64,000 nucleotides of DNA from assembly GCA_964270895.1 (NCBI GenBank), contig OZ185444.1; one strand, 5' to 3'. The notes beneath the pieces were generated by a model. That model did no database searches. It saw only the letters and a list, made by a program, of their open reading frames with translations, and was not told the origin of the DNA. Position numbers and translations under genes: made by a program. Below, in pieces: positions 41,889-54,258 of this stretch. The stretch's first letter is position 1. Each line of letters begins with the position of its first letter. Source of the stretch: Podarcis filfolensis. Its lineage: Eukaryota.

Positions 41889-43996
41889 AAAAAACAAAAA
41901 CCTTCAGAAAACGTAATATGTATTACACCATCTCTCAATTTCAATGAAATGACGACGACTTAATTCCTTATTACTCTCAACTTGTCACACTCCAATAAAA
42001 CATCACCCTTTTGTTGGTTTGAAATCCAGCATGAGAAATACAGTACCTGCTATGGCAAAATACACATAAATGCAACATTTCAGCTTATTTGTACATTAGT
42101 AGAGTTTAAACATTTTATTGTCTTTTTAAGTGAAACAGTGATTTTAAGTACCACTATACTAAAATAAAAATAGAGAAGAGAGGGAGAAGGGGAGGGCAGC
42201 ATGCCATGCAAGAGCACATAAAGTGCTGTGTTTCTGTGTCCATGTGAATTCCTAGGATAGAAAGTAAGCTGAAATAAAAGCACTATGGGGGAGGGGAGAG
42301 AACTAAGCAAACTCTAGTATGAAAACATATTGTGCCTTTTCCTATTTTCCACTATTCCACCCTTCTTGGATGCCCAACTGACAAATAGAGATGGGTACGT
42401 TATTTCAAGTATAAGGAAAAAATACTAATAGGTATCTTTGCAAAGAGCCTCAATACATGTATCCACTATTATGCCTGCTTGGGGGAAGGGACAGTGTTTC
42501 AGGCAATAGCATTTCAGCTGTACCTTCGTATTACCTATTTATGTGCAAAGTAGAAAAGCTGCCTTTTCTAATCAAGATGTTTTGGACATAAAATATTGTT
42601 TACTTCACAAATAAGGCTAGGTGGAGTTAAACTTCTTTCATTTTCCGTTAAGACATTTTCCACTACATGGCTTGCTCACCAGAAATGAAGCATAATTCAC
42701 TAAGTTGGATATCCACAATTGGTCATTTTCCTGATCAGTTCTTTGTAAACATAGCCCCAGAGGAGCTCTGAAATTAAAGCAGCATTTCAAGTCTCTGTCT
42801 AACCAGTGGATGCTAAAGTAGTTCTAAACTCCACTGCTTTTTTCATCCCTCCCTCAAAAAAAAAAGTTTGTTTTAAAGAAAGCAGTGCATATGTATTAGC
42901 AGAGCAAAGCTGCTGTTTGTTTTTGTTAGGTGATCTCCACTTCAGTTTTCTTGCCCCAACTAGTGGAAGGTGGAATCTTGAGTGAGCAATCGTATATGTA
43001 TGCATGTATCTACACACACACACGAAAACAAACAGAGAGATACAGATACAAATACACCTGAATCTTGTTGAATTTGATCACCGTAGAACTTTTAATCACG
43101 TAACAGTTGTGGACAGAGCTGCTCCTTGGGGAGTAAAGGATGAAAAAGATTAAGGGAGTGTCCAACATGGAGACTTCAAATATAGAATGGAACCAAATCT
43201 TAGGTTTTCCAAGATCCGAATGCTGGGCTCAATATGCACATCCCTGAGATGCACGTCTAAGATTGAAGAGAGAATGGTGTCCATAATAGATCAGAAAAGG
43301 GAGGAAGCAGCAAAGACTCCCTAACTATGGAATTTACCCCAAACCTCTTATTCCACCCTTCCTCCCAAAGATTTTGAGAAGGCTGTAAGGCATATTCACA
43401 AGCAGCTCTTATTAATGAACATTACTGTGTTTCCATGTTTTAATGGCATACAATGGCTTGTGTATATTGGGAATGAGGCAGCATATGTTTAACACACAAA
43501 CAGGAAAGCAAGTTTGGATAGTGTCCCCATCTTTAAGCCAACTACTTGACAAATATTGTCATTTTACAGAACTCATATAAACTACACAGCAATGTCTCCT
43601 TTCCCAAATGCAGCAGATGTGCTGCCATTGTTAATCTAACAAAAAAGTCCATGTCTAATTAAAAGGGGGACATACAAAAGATGGCAAACTTTACATATTC
43701 CAATTCAAGAGGAAGTGTACTTTATTTTTAAAATGTGTCTGTTAAAAGACTGGCTTTTCTGTATGCTATATGTGGAACTCGAGGGAGATTTGTGAATAGT
43801 TCAGCTCTTTAGCTCCTTCCTTCTTGTTAAAAGTAGTTTAAAGTATTTGATGGCTTAACAAGTAAAAAATAAAATACGTTTCCTCTCCTATTTCCTCTTT
43901 GCACATCCCTGAGATGTACGTCTAAGACTGGGAAAGGAGGTAGCCTGCTAGTTACACCTCCATATAATAATACTTATAAAAAGTACTTTTTCTTTG

Positions 43997-44192
43997 AAGC
44001 ACTTCACAAAAACCTGTAGTCAATCCTCACAAAACCCCTGTGAGGTAGGTAAGTATTATTATCCCCATTTTACAGATGGGGAAACTGAGGCAAAGGTTAA
44101 ATGACTCTTGCCTAAGGCAAAAAGAGGGAAGAGTAAAGGCCAGGATTAGAACTCAGGAGTTTCAGCCTCATGATCCAGTCTTCAAACCACTA
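43997..44192 (-). mobile_element. Ancient CORE-SINE (MIR-like), sense to the TNRC6B mRNA
   Basis: cctgtgaggtaggtaagtattattatccccattttacagatggggaaactgaggc matches the recalled MIR core. Confidence 0.85.
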
Positions 44193-47100
44193 GGACAAAT
44201 GTAGGAACAGTATAATCTCACTAAGTATGAAAGAGAATATACAAGGCCAGTTACGCTAAAGGTAAATATGCACCACGAGGTATTTTGAGACAAAGAGCTG
44301 GAAACTTTTCCCCTTCAACAAACAACAACAAAAAAAAGGCAATCTACCAGATAAGAATCCTGATAAGATCACATCTGCAAGGCAAGTATGCATGTGAGAA
44401 TGAGCGGTCAAGGCTATTTATTATTCATTACAGTACTGTGAACACCAACAAAAAATTGCTGTGTGAGAAAAAAACACTGAATTATAGGTAGGAGAATTTC
44501 TTGGCTATGATGATGCCAAGGTGAAATGAGGCAGATACCACAGTTCACAACACCCAAGGGAGACTTGTAAAGGAAACACACCTCCATTAACATGGGAAGC
44601 AGCCTCTACATTCGGAAAGTAAGCAAGTGAAATCTTTCTCCTTTCAAAGCAGCTTCTTGCCAGCAAAAGCATCCATATAAATTTCCTCTTCTAGTCTCTA
44701 TCACTCGCCTCCATTTTAATAGTGGTAGTATTAGCTCAAAGAAGTCACAGATGGTGACTAGCATGGCCGTCTTCCTTGAACAGTTCTGATGAACATTAGA
44801 AGACAAGGAATTGACTAATGCCAGTGCAGTATATATTCTACAGCAGTTCCAAGCTGGCATTGCTATTTTATGTTTCATCTGCGATGGGAATTGGTAGAAA
44901 CTTTTAGGACAGAGTTTTGGAAATGCATGCAAGGAAAAGCCACATTGTAATTCTCCTGAGGAACAAGGGCAGTTGTAAAGGAGAACAAGTTGTAGAGTAA
45001 ATCCTTAAAGACAGTGCATGAGGTGCCATTTCCTGAGGTTGAACAAATGGAGGAGGTGCTATGTAGATAAATTCTCTCCTTGGGCTGCTTTGTGTCACGC
45101 TGATCCTGGTCTAACACTGCATGGCAAGAAAGCACAGTCCTGTGAAACAGGCAGACATTACTTCATTTCTGAAGTTGATTTTAATTCCCTCCAAAAACAA
45201 ATCTGCCTGGCAATCAAATAAGTCAACTTCTCTGAAGAGATGGGTTCCATTAAGTCCTCCCATGACATGAACCTCTTTCCTCCTACATCAGTGTTGGAAT
45301 TCAATGGACACAGAAACATTTTTAACAGTTTCGCAGGACTCTCTTTTCCTCCCCCAAACCATCTCTTGCTGAATGCATAGTTTACAATTCACTTACAAGA
45401 AAAAGAAGCAATGCTGACCACATATGGGACCTTTTTTTTGTTTGAAAAAGAAACAACCTCTTCTTAAAGTTCAGTATCAAAATTCACATTTGCATAATAA
45501 TACATTTCAAGGCCATTAGAGAGGAATGAGAGCGAAGCAAGAAAGCTGCAGCATCTCTCCTCCCTTTGTCTTCCTGAATGGAGATGAAGAGAGCCTGCTA
45601 GAGCTTTCATTTGGGAAGGTTGCTGAGAGGTGCTACAGCAGCTCTTGATTTTGTACACCTTGCATTTGAGGTGGGGAGAAGAAGAGGTGGAATATATATG
45701 AAAAAAACAAATGAAAGTAGACACTGCAGATTCCCATGTTTAGCTACAAACAGCTTCAAAGAAACAAAGAATTACTTTTTGATTAAAAAACAACACTTCT
45801 TCCTCACCATTTCAAAAACATCTTATTTTATTGTGTAATACCCTGTTCATTTAAATGGCAACAATAAGTGTGCTAGAAGTTATAGGGTAGATTTTTTTCT
45901 TTCTATTATCAGGACACTGATAGAGGGCAAAAGTGTGCCTACACCCAAGAATGGTAGAAGCTACAAAATACCTTCTTCTCTACATGCATAAATGTGTCTC
46001 AAACATCACTGCGTTTCATTTTCCAGTGCTTAAAAAAAAAAAAAAGTTAAAGCAAGCCACATACACAAATGTAATAGGTACATAATACATATACGAATTC
46101 AACCAGCAACGGAGCACTAGCCTAAAAATGTCAACATGTGAATTACAACCCATCCACACCTGGATGCATCTGCCACACACAACTGCATACTGCGCAGCTT
46201 AGAGACCAGCCCCAAAAGACACTGTTTGTCAAAAGGTACCAGCAGGCTGGAATCTTTGCATTTGACCTTTAGAGAGAATAAACTGACTATCATCTCCCCC
46301 TGTCAAGCCCAAGTAGTCTTCTCGGACTGACAGTCACATACTCACAAAGGCACATTCAGAGATACCACATTTAACTTACTGCTTGTTCAAAACTAAAAAC
46401 AAAACACAACCCTAAAAAAAACCCACAAGGGAATGTTAAGCGCTTATATCCCAAATCCCATACCTACTGACCCAGCAAGAAGCATCACAATGTATCACTT
46501 CATGAGACCCTATTCTACCTTCAGAAGGTACATATTATGTTAAGAAGTTAACGCCTCTTTTTGCATAAATGATTTTTTTTTTTCATTTTTGGCTTACACA
46601 ATTTGGAATACAGCACACCCTCACTATAAAGCTCTGTTGTAAGGCTACTCCCTAAAGTAAGGCTGCTCTAACTTGGCTCCCTTTATTTCCTTTATGCCCT
46701 GCCCCTTCCCACCCAAACTTCAAAGCACTCAGCACTTAATATAAAAGGAGGGTGAGCCAGCCTGGCTGGGATAAGGAAGGAGAAGAAAAGCACTTGATAT
46801 TCACAACCATGCCACAAAAATTATTATCCAGCAAGCAAAGCAATCTTTATAAGGAGGACTCAATTAACCGCTGCATTTTCTAATACAGAAAGACAATATG
46901 CATTTATTTTCTCTGATTAAAACATGGTAAGAAATGAGGAACTGTAGTTCTTTGAATGCATTAACTGGCATACTATTACCTAAGATGAGGCACTAAGCGC
47001 TTAAAAAAAAACACCACTTCTTGCTCGACACTGTTCAACTGTGTTGTTTACCCATGGAACATTTCTCCATATTCTTATTTTATTTTGCTCCATGGACAGC

Positions 47101-50100
47101 TAATCATATGTCAAAATATACCCACAGGCTGCCTGGCACAATGCTTTAACTTCAATAACCTGGATTTGTGTTAAAATGGATGGTTGTCAGGCTCAAGTAA
47201 AAACACATTCAAACTCTATGGCTAAAAAAAAATGCATTTAAAAAAAAGACAAGGGTATATATAACTCTAGCTATCACCACTGCCAAGTACATGAAGAAAC
47301 TGGCTCTTAGTTGAGGTTGATTCTTTTGATCCTTCTATGGCCCATGTCTCTGAGAAATTTGTAAATATATGCCATACTGCACAAACTTAAGAAGCAGGTA
47401 TGTTGACACTGTTCCATATCACACATTTGGTAACGTCTATGGTGCCTGTTAAATATCCTCTCAGCCATGTGAAACTGCTTATCTGTATCTGACATGGCCA
47501 TGGAGAACAGTTAAAGGGCACTTAAGGTTGGTCTGACAACTGCTAGCATCTGATGAGGCCTGACAGCCAGAAGATCAGGTTAGAATTTTGTTTCCTATTG
47601 TAGCATAAGAGGGGAATAATCCTTTTAATTTGGCGACTGTTTGCATACATTTTAGCAATGTTCTGAAGGAGGATAAAAGCTATCTCCAGCACAAAATTTG
47701 TTTGTTTTACTCCTTTCACCCATCCTTAAGAGCACTACAGAATTTTCTTAGAAATTTACTAATTCGTAACAGATCAAAACTGTATGACCAAATTGTATGG
47801 ATCAGAGTCAATATATACTTTTTTAAAAATCAGCAAAGTTTTAAACCTCTGAGAGGGATTGCTACATAGGAAAATCTGCAAAATATTATTGGAATAAAGA
47901 ATAAACAACATTACATCTTTGCTGATTAAGCCTTGTATTCAACAGGTATAACTGTTACTACCAAATCATCCATCTACATAATGCTCCCAATATCATTAGC
48001 ATATCATAACATGGAGACTAATCAGCATTCAAATGAACAGCTGTAGCTTTGTGGAAAATTAGGGAAACCAGTAATATAGATTTTATCCATCTTCCTTCAG
48101 TCAGTATCCCTCCAATCAATGCATGCCTCGGAAAGCATGTATTCATTTCAGAATGCATCATTTTAACTGCATTTTGGGTAGCATTTGTATTATATGCAGA
48201 GTGTTTTTGCTGTTGCATATTTATAATGAAGGAACAATACAGCTAAACTAAACAGAACCTTCTCAGGGGAGAACAGAGTATCTCAGTTAGCCAATACTAT
48301 AAAAAAATAAAGGTGAGTGATTTGAACACTACTATCTGGATGACAGTGAAGATCGGGTAACATTTGCCACGGCAGTGGAGGACAGAATAGAAAGAGGTGT
48401 TAATACTTGTTACACTTGCCAGTTCAAATGCCTGCACTGAAAATCAAACAGGAAATGTCTGTCTGTTTATATTCACTAATTTATTTTTAAAATTTTCAAA
48501 GATAAGGTGAAGAGTTTTGCTTTGGCTAAGTGGCAGAGGGAAAACATGCTTTTAACATATTCCTTTACAAAGGGAACCCAAGAGTGAAGGAAAAGCTCAC
48601 TCTACCCACTTTATACGGGTGCACTGGAAAAGACTGCAACCTTCCCAGAATGGTTCGGCATGTCATAATAAGCAGCTTTCTGGGAATAGTACTATTATAG
48701 GAAAGGTGTTATCGCAAGAGCCATCCAATTAGATGCTGGTTCTGGCAGTAGGTTCATATAGGCCATATATTAAAAGAGTGAATAGAACCAAAATAGGGAT
48801 ATTTTTTAAGTTGGGCATGTGCATTTAAAATATACAACTAAAAAGGAGGACAAAACATTGATATGGACTGTTTCTCCTTTTCATGGAGGGAGCAACTTTA
48901 TAAAACGAAAAATTTGACACGTGGCTTCAAGCTGCGCAGGGTGCTCTGGCAATCTGAAGAGGTCTCCAACACCCCATGAGACCTCTTGCCTTTTTGTGTG
49001 TGTGTGTAGAACATACATGAAAATATAGTAACACCACCCACAAAACAGCTGCAGAAAACATTTTCTCAAGTATAGTTTAGTGCTTAGTTCCCAAAAGTAT
49101 CATCCTCACTGGCCAGAGAACATAGCAGATTCAAAACAGAAAAGGTGTTTGGAAACCTGTATTGCTATGGTCCAAAGGGCTGATTAAACATTCCAGGTAT
49201 TCATCAGGGATGGAAGGTTGCCAAGATTGATATTTTAGTTCACTTCTTCAAAAATATGACAAACTTCAATATGCATAGGTTGAAATGTTGAGAGGTAAAG
49301 GATGCTTTAAATATGACAGAGTTACACATTTACCTTTCTACCTTCTTCAGCAGTTGTCAGCCAAGTAACAGGCTTTTGTAATTTTCCACTTAAAAAAAAT
49401 TATAGGGGGAAATAAGTCAAAGCCTCTGATAAAGCATTCAGATAAATAACTTCCTTTAAAAAAACAAAAGGGGGCTCCTCTCACTGGCCTATCACACTAG
49501 GAATCAGTTGATGCATTTTTTTTCAAGGTGCAATTTGGGAAACAATGCAACACACAACTAAAGAACACACAACTGATGTCACAGAAAACCAGGCATTACT
49601 TCACACTTCTATTTGAAGAGTAGTTCAAAACAAGAAAGTAGTAATGCATGAAAATTGCCCTTAGATTTCAAAGAAAAATGTTTACATGTATGTTATTTTA
49701 TATGTAACTCTTTGCACGGCAGGCCTTTGAGGCTTCTATTCAGCATGCTCAGAGAAATGCTTTTTGTTTTAGAAAAATGGGTTCATTTGTTTCCTTGGAG
49801 TGACTAGACTGCATATGTCTTTTGTAGGACGCAAGGATGTATTACAAAGGCACTAAAGCGGCTTGTTATTTTCATTCTAACAAAAATGCTTCAAGCACAT
49901 TAAGTCCTTCTCTCTTTGTGCTGGAAGCTCTGAGCTATCCATCTCAGGAAAAAGCTGCAGGAAACTGGTTCTTAAGAATGGGAGTCCCAGTAGCTGGCAG
50001 CAGCAGTTAATATATCTTACCTCCAACCCACTTCCCAAAATTTCTCATTTACACATCTCTGGTTGATAAATGGAAAAAGCAAACAAAAAAAATCTTCAAA

Positions 50101-52041
50101 ATGATTAAAATACACCAAGCCATTTCCCCCAGGTACACTTCACTGATTTCTCCCACATTCTTCTTTCCCTATTTTCTGTTTTAAAATTAGTAAAAGTTAA
50201 AACAGCTCCATTACTGGGTCACAATAAAGATCTGCATCTCTGAAGCACTATCAATCTAAAAGTGGTTTCAAGAAGCACCATCCTGTACTCCCAGCAATTC
50301 TTCTTAACTGTGGTTGACGGATTTAGTCAAATCAAAATGCATTTTTTTACTCTTTTTTTACTTTTTATTTTAAAAAGGTGCTTGGAGGAAGATTTTATGT
50401 TCACTGTGAAACAACTAGATGATTATACTTTCATTCATACGCAATCCTCTTCCCCACTCATCTGCACATGCACTTCCACTTGAGACTAAGCTCTAAAAGT
50501 ATAAATCTTTTCACAACTTGGACTTTTAAGAATACAATGAATTTGTGTTGCTGCTACTGAGAATTCTTTTGTAATCAATTTGTACTTTAAAATTTTTTTG
50601 ATCCCCAGTTCTGACAATTGGAGTTTGTATTAGTTAGATTTTGTTTTTCAAATTTTTTGCTTTTTGTAAAGAAAAAAACTTTTAAACTTTTTGAAGATTC
50701 AGGAACTTGTAAAAGTTTACGAAAGAAACAACCATCTATCTAGGATAAGGTAAAGGTTAAATAAACCATCTTCGAAAACTGGCTTCCTACCCTAGAATTC
50801 CTGAGAATGCTTGCAAATTTAAAGCAGGAAAATAAATGTTAAAACACAAAAACACTGTTAAATGCTCCCAGAGTTAGTCTTCATCTTATATATATATATA
50901 TATTTATATATGCACACGCACTTTTTGGTCTTTTTTTAAAAAGTTTTTAATTTTTTCCCTTTAAGCTTGTGATGGAAGAACATTTTAGCTTTTCATTTTT
51001 TAAATATGTCATATCCCTCATTATGTCTTGTAAACAAGAGGGGCTCTAGCACCCGGCTTTCACCGTAGTATCGTAATGAACTCAACAAATCCAAAGTGCA
51101 GGCAAAGGGACCGTAGGGCAGGTTGGGAGAGAGTGATAACACAGTAGTGAACCTGCTTGTGTGTCAAGTCACATATTGGAGCACATAGCTGTTTTCTAGG
51201 CCATGAGGTGCAGTATTCCGATGTCCTCCCAGCTCAGAGCTTTTTTTTATTATAGTTTGTCCTGCATGCTTTCAACACTGAGGCCCCAGAGACAAATACA
51301 GCTGTTTAGGAGCAGGCATGTGTAGGGGCTGCAAGGGAAACTTAACTGGCAGGAATGGGGGGGAACATTTTGCTTCAACTTACAAGATACAATGACAAAG
51401 GGAGAAATAGGGAAACACTTAAAAGATCCACATATGCTGCAGATTCTGAAGGTTAAATACACAACACCTGTCTATGTTTACCACTCAACTTCACAGCAAA
51501 ATAACAGGCAGATGTAAATGCAGTAATCCCCTTATTTAGTCTTCCTGTGAAACCGAGTTCATGTACAGAATTCACAACTCCTCCCTTTCTACATAAATGT
51601 GAGGAATTTTTTTGCTTTAATTTTGCTATCAATACTTATATAGCAGACACCACTGATTTTTTTTTTAAAAAATGAAACTGCTGAAGGAGAAAGAATCTTC
51701 TGTTGTGATCCTGTACATTATGATCTGCTACTTCCAAGTACCGGAGTTATGTAGGTATTTGCTGGTACAGAATATTGCAGCACTTTTGTTATTCAGTATA
51801 ATGCAGAGCTAGCAAAAATCCAGAGCTAAGTTCTAACACTTCAAAGAATAATGCCTCCTTCTCCCTGTTCTTATCCTGTCTGCCCATCTTCAAAATTGCT
51901 TTGTGTAAAGGCAATGTTTGCTACGGCTTTCTTCACAACAAGCAATTCTGTCCCAGTGCACACACTGGCTATCTTCTGAATTAAGTATAGGTCTCCCCTA
52001 TCCTGCCCAGAGTACTACTACACTGTTGTTTAAAAAAATAA

Positions 52042-52075
<34 letters not shown>

Positions 52076-53333
52076 TACAACCTTTCTTTAAATACCGACA
52101 ATAAAAAGCAACAGTACAGGGAAAAGTAAAAATAATAAAGGTGCAATACTTTATAAACAAAAGAAGTCTTTGCTAGTTATATGCCTGCCTAAGCAAAGCC
52201 TAAGCAAGACATACACAGGAAATACACAGAGAAAAAATGCTCAAAGTACACACTGGTTTAAGAACATTCGTAAGTAAACGTTTCTGTCAGTGATGGTCTG
52301 GTGCTGTAATACACCTAGGCCTGGCACAGGTAACGCTCACTATGGAGAAAGGAGAACAAAAGTTGCTGCATGTGCTTTCACAATACAAGATAGGCCAGCA
52401 AACTACTGACATTTTAGTTTTGTCACAAACAGCAGACCACTTAAGAAAATACAGTTAGGCCTGAATTTTGGTGGATTTTCCATGAAAGGATAAGAACCTT
52501 AGTATGCAGACTTGAGGAATAGCTACAGGATTTGGTTCTTAAGGACTGCAGAAGCTTCAACTATTACATAGGTCTTTGTCACAAAGAAATGTGATGCCCA
52601 TTACCCCCTGGTGTCCCCCAAAAGGTGAAAGGCCTTGTCATAAAAAGTAAGCTTGGGTTCACTCAAAAAGTCTCATTAGAGACACAAATACACTTCTAGG
52701 CAAAACAGATCACCCCCCTCCCCACCCATAAAACCCTGAACTCCCACACTTGCACCCCCTCACCAAATCCTTAGGATATGGCAGTGTTTTGCTCTATGAC
52801 AGGGTCAGAACAAGATCTGTACTGCGCTGAATACCCTGCTAAAATAAAAATACCACCGACAGATTTTAACACAGGTCAATTTGATTTTGCACCAGTCACA
52901 GGCACCATCATTATTCAGTTTAAGAGTCTAGCCAGGTAGGTTGCTGACCAACAGCAATGCAGCTTTCCAAGACAAAAATGCGCACACACGCACACAATCA
53001 TGCTCACATACACGCTCTCACAGAAACACACACACACGGGGCAGTTACATGTGCCAGAACATACTGGTATATATCAACCAGCCAATCACAAAGTGTTTTT
53101 TTTCCTTTTTTTGTTTTTTAAAGTGAGGCTCCGTCAAGTCTTCCCCTCCCACCCCACCCCCAATTCTTTTGAACCCTGCCCCTTCCCGACATAGTAGACC
53201 TAAGGACGGAAACACACCCAGTGCAAACAAAGTTAAAAAGCTATTTTTCAGTATATATGTTTCGTAGCAACAACTTCCGTATAACATGAAAAAGTGAAAA
53301 ACTAGAAACTAATTTTTTTAAATTTTTGTGTTT

Positions 53334-53497
53334 NNNNNNNNNNNNNNNNNNNNNNNNNNNNNNNNNNNNNNNNNNNNNNNNNNNNNNNNNNNNNNNNNNN
53401 NNNNNNNNNNNNNNNNNNNNNNNNNNNNNNNNNNNNNNNNNNNNNNNNNNNNNNNNNNNNNNNNNNNNNNNNNNNNNNNNNNNNNNNNNNNNNNNNN
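53334..53497. other. Assembly gap (164 N)
   Basis: Run of N flanked by T-rich sequence. Confidence 1.
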
Positions 53498-53634
53498 CCC
53501 ACCTTTTTTTCTCTCTCCATTTTCTTTTTTCCTTTTAAAATGTATTTATTGCAAGTTGAAAAAAAAGAAAAGGTCAAGTTAGTGCTGCTGCTGTTCCAAA
53601 AAAGGTCACGAGGTCAGAGTTGAAAGTTTTAAGT

Positions 53635-54022
53635 TCAGATTGAATCCGACCCTCCGCCTAGAAGGTCTCCAGGTAGTAAGGGAGCAGGGCTTCCCATCCT
53701 GTGGGGATCTTCTACACTCTGAACCCCCCACAAGCTTGAAGAGTAATTTGGGGAGGCCCATAATGAAGCACCAGCAAGGTCACCCCCACTGCTGCTGCCA
53801 CCACCGCTGCTCCACTGCCCAAGCCCTGTTGACCCACCAAAAAGATTCAAAGCAGGTCCCACTGGATCTGTCTGATTCTGTCCTGTCTCTAGAGACTGCC
53901 AGCCTGCTGCAGGTGTGCTGGGTGTTGCTGCAGGTGTAGAAGGCTGAGCTTGTGCCAGAAAGCGACTAACCTCCTCGTCTGTGGCAAACTCAGCCAAGAT
54001 GGTAGTGTTTCCCAAAACACAC
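53635..54022 (-). CDS. TNRC6B: TNRC6B terminal coding exon ([12 protein letters not shown]...GGSDSI*)
   Basis: ttag acceptor, TGA at 53637-53635. Confidence 0.96.
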
Positions 54023-54180
54023 CTAAAAAAATAGGGTAGAATGAACAGAAACAAAAGTTAACAGGAAAAAATATCCCAGAAACATGAGCCAAACCCACAG
54101 CTTAACATTGCAAAGTATATATATATATATATGAGGGCACTATATAAATATTCTGCCGCTGACACTAATTTTCTTTGTTG

Positions 54181-54258
<78 letters not shown>

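Larger units (their letters stand above)
41580..53634 (-). other. TNRC6B: TNRC6B long 3'UTR (about 12 kb; distal end inferred)
   Basis: Follows the stop codon; no young repeats recognised; many miRNA seed matches; AATAAA at 41599-41604; mammalian TNRC6B is known to have a similarly long UTR. Confidence 0.65.

Noticed and set aside
41592-41944. ORFs spanning N runs (also 53302-53582)
   Set aside because: Artefacts of assembly gaps
46740-46747. TATAAAAG on + as an antisense promoter
   Set aside because: Isolated motif in AT-rich UTR with no other support
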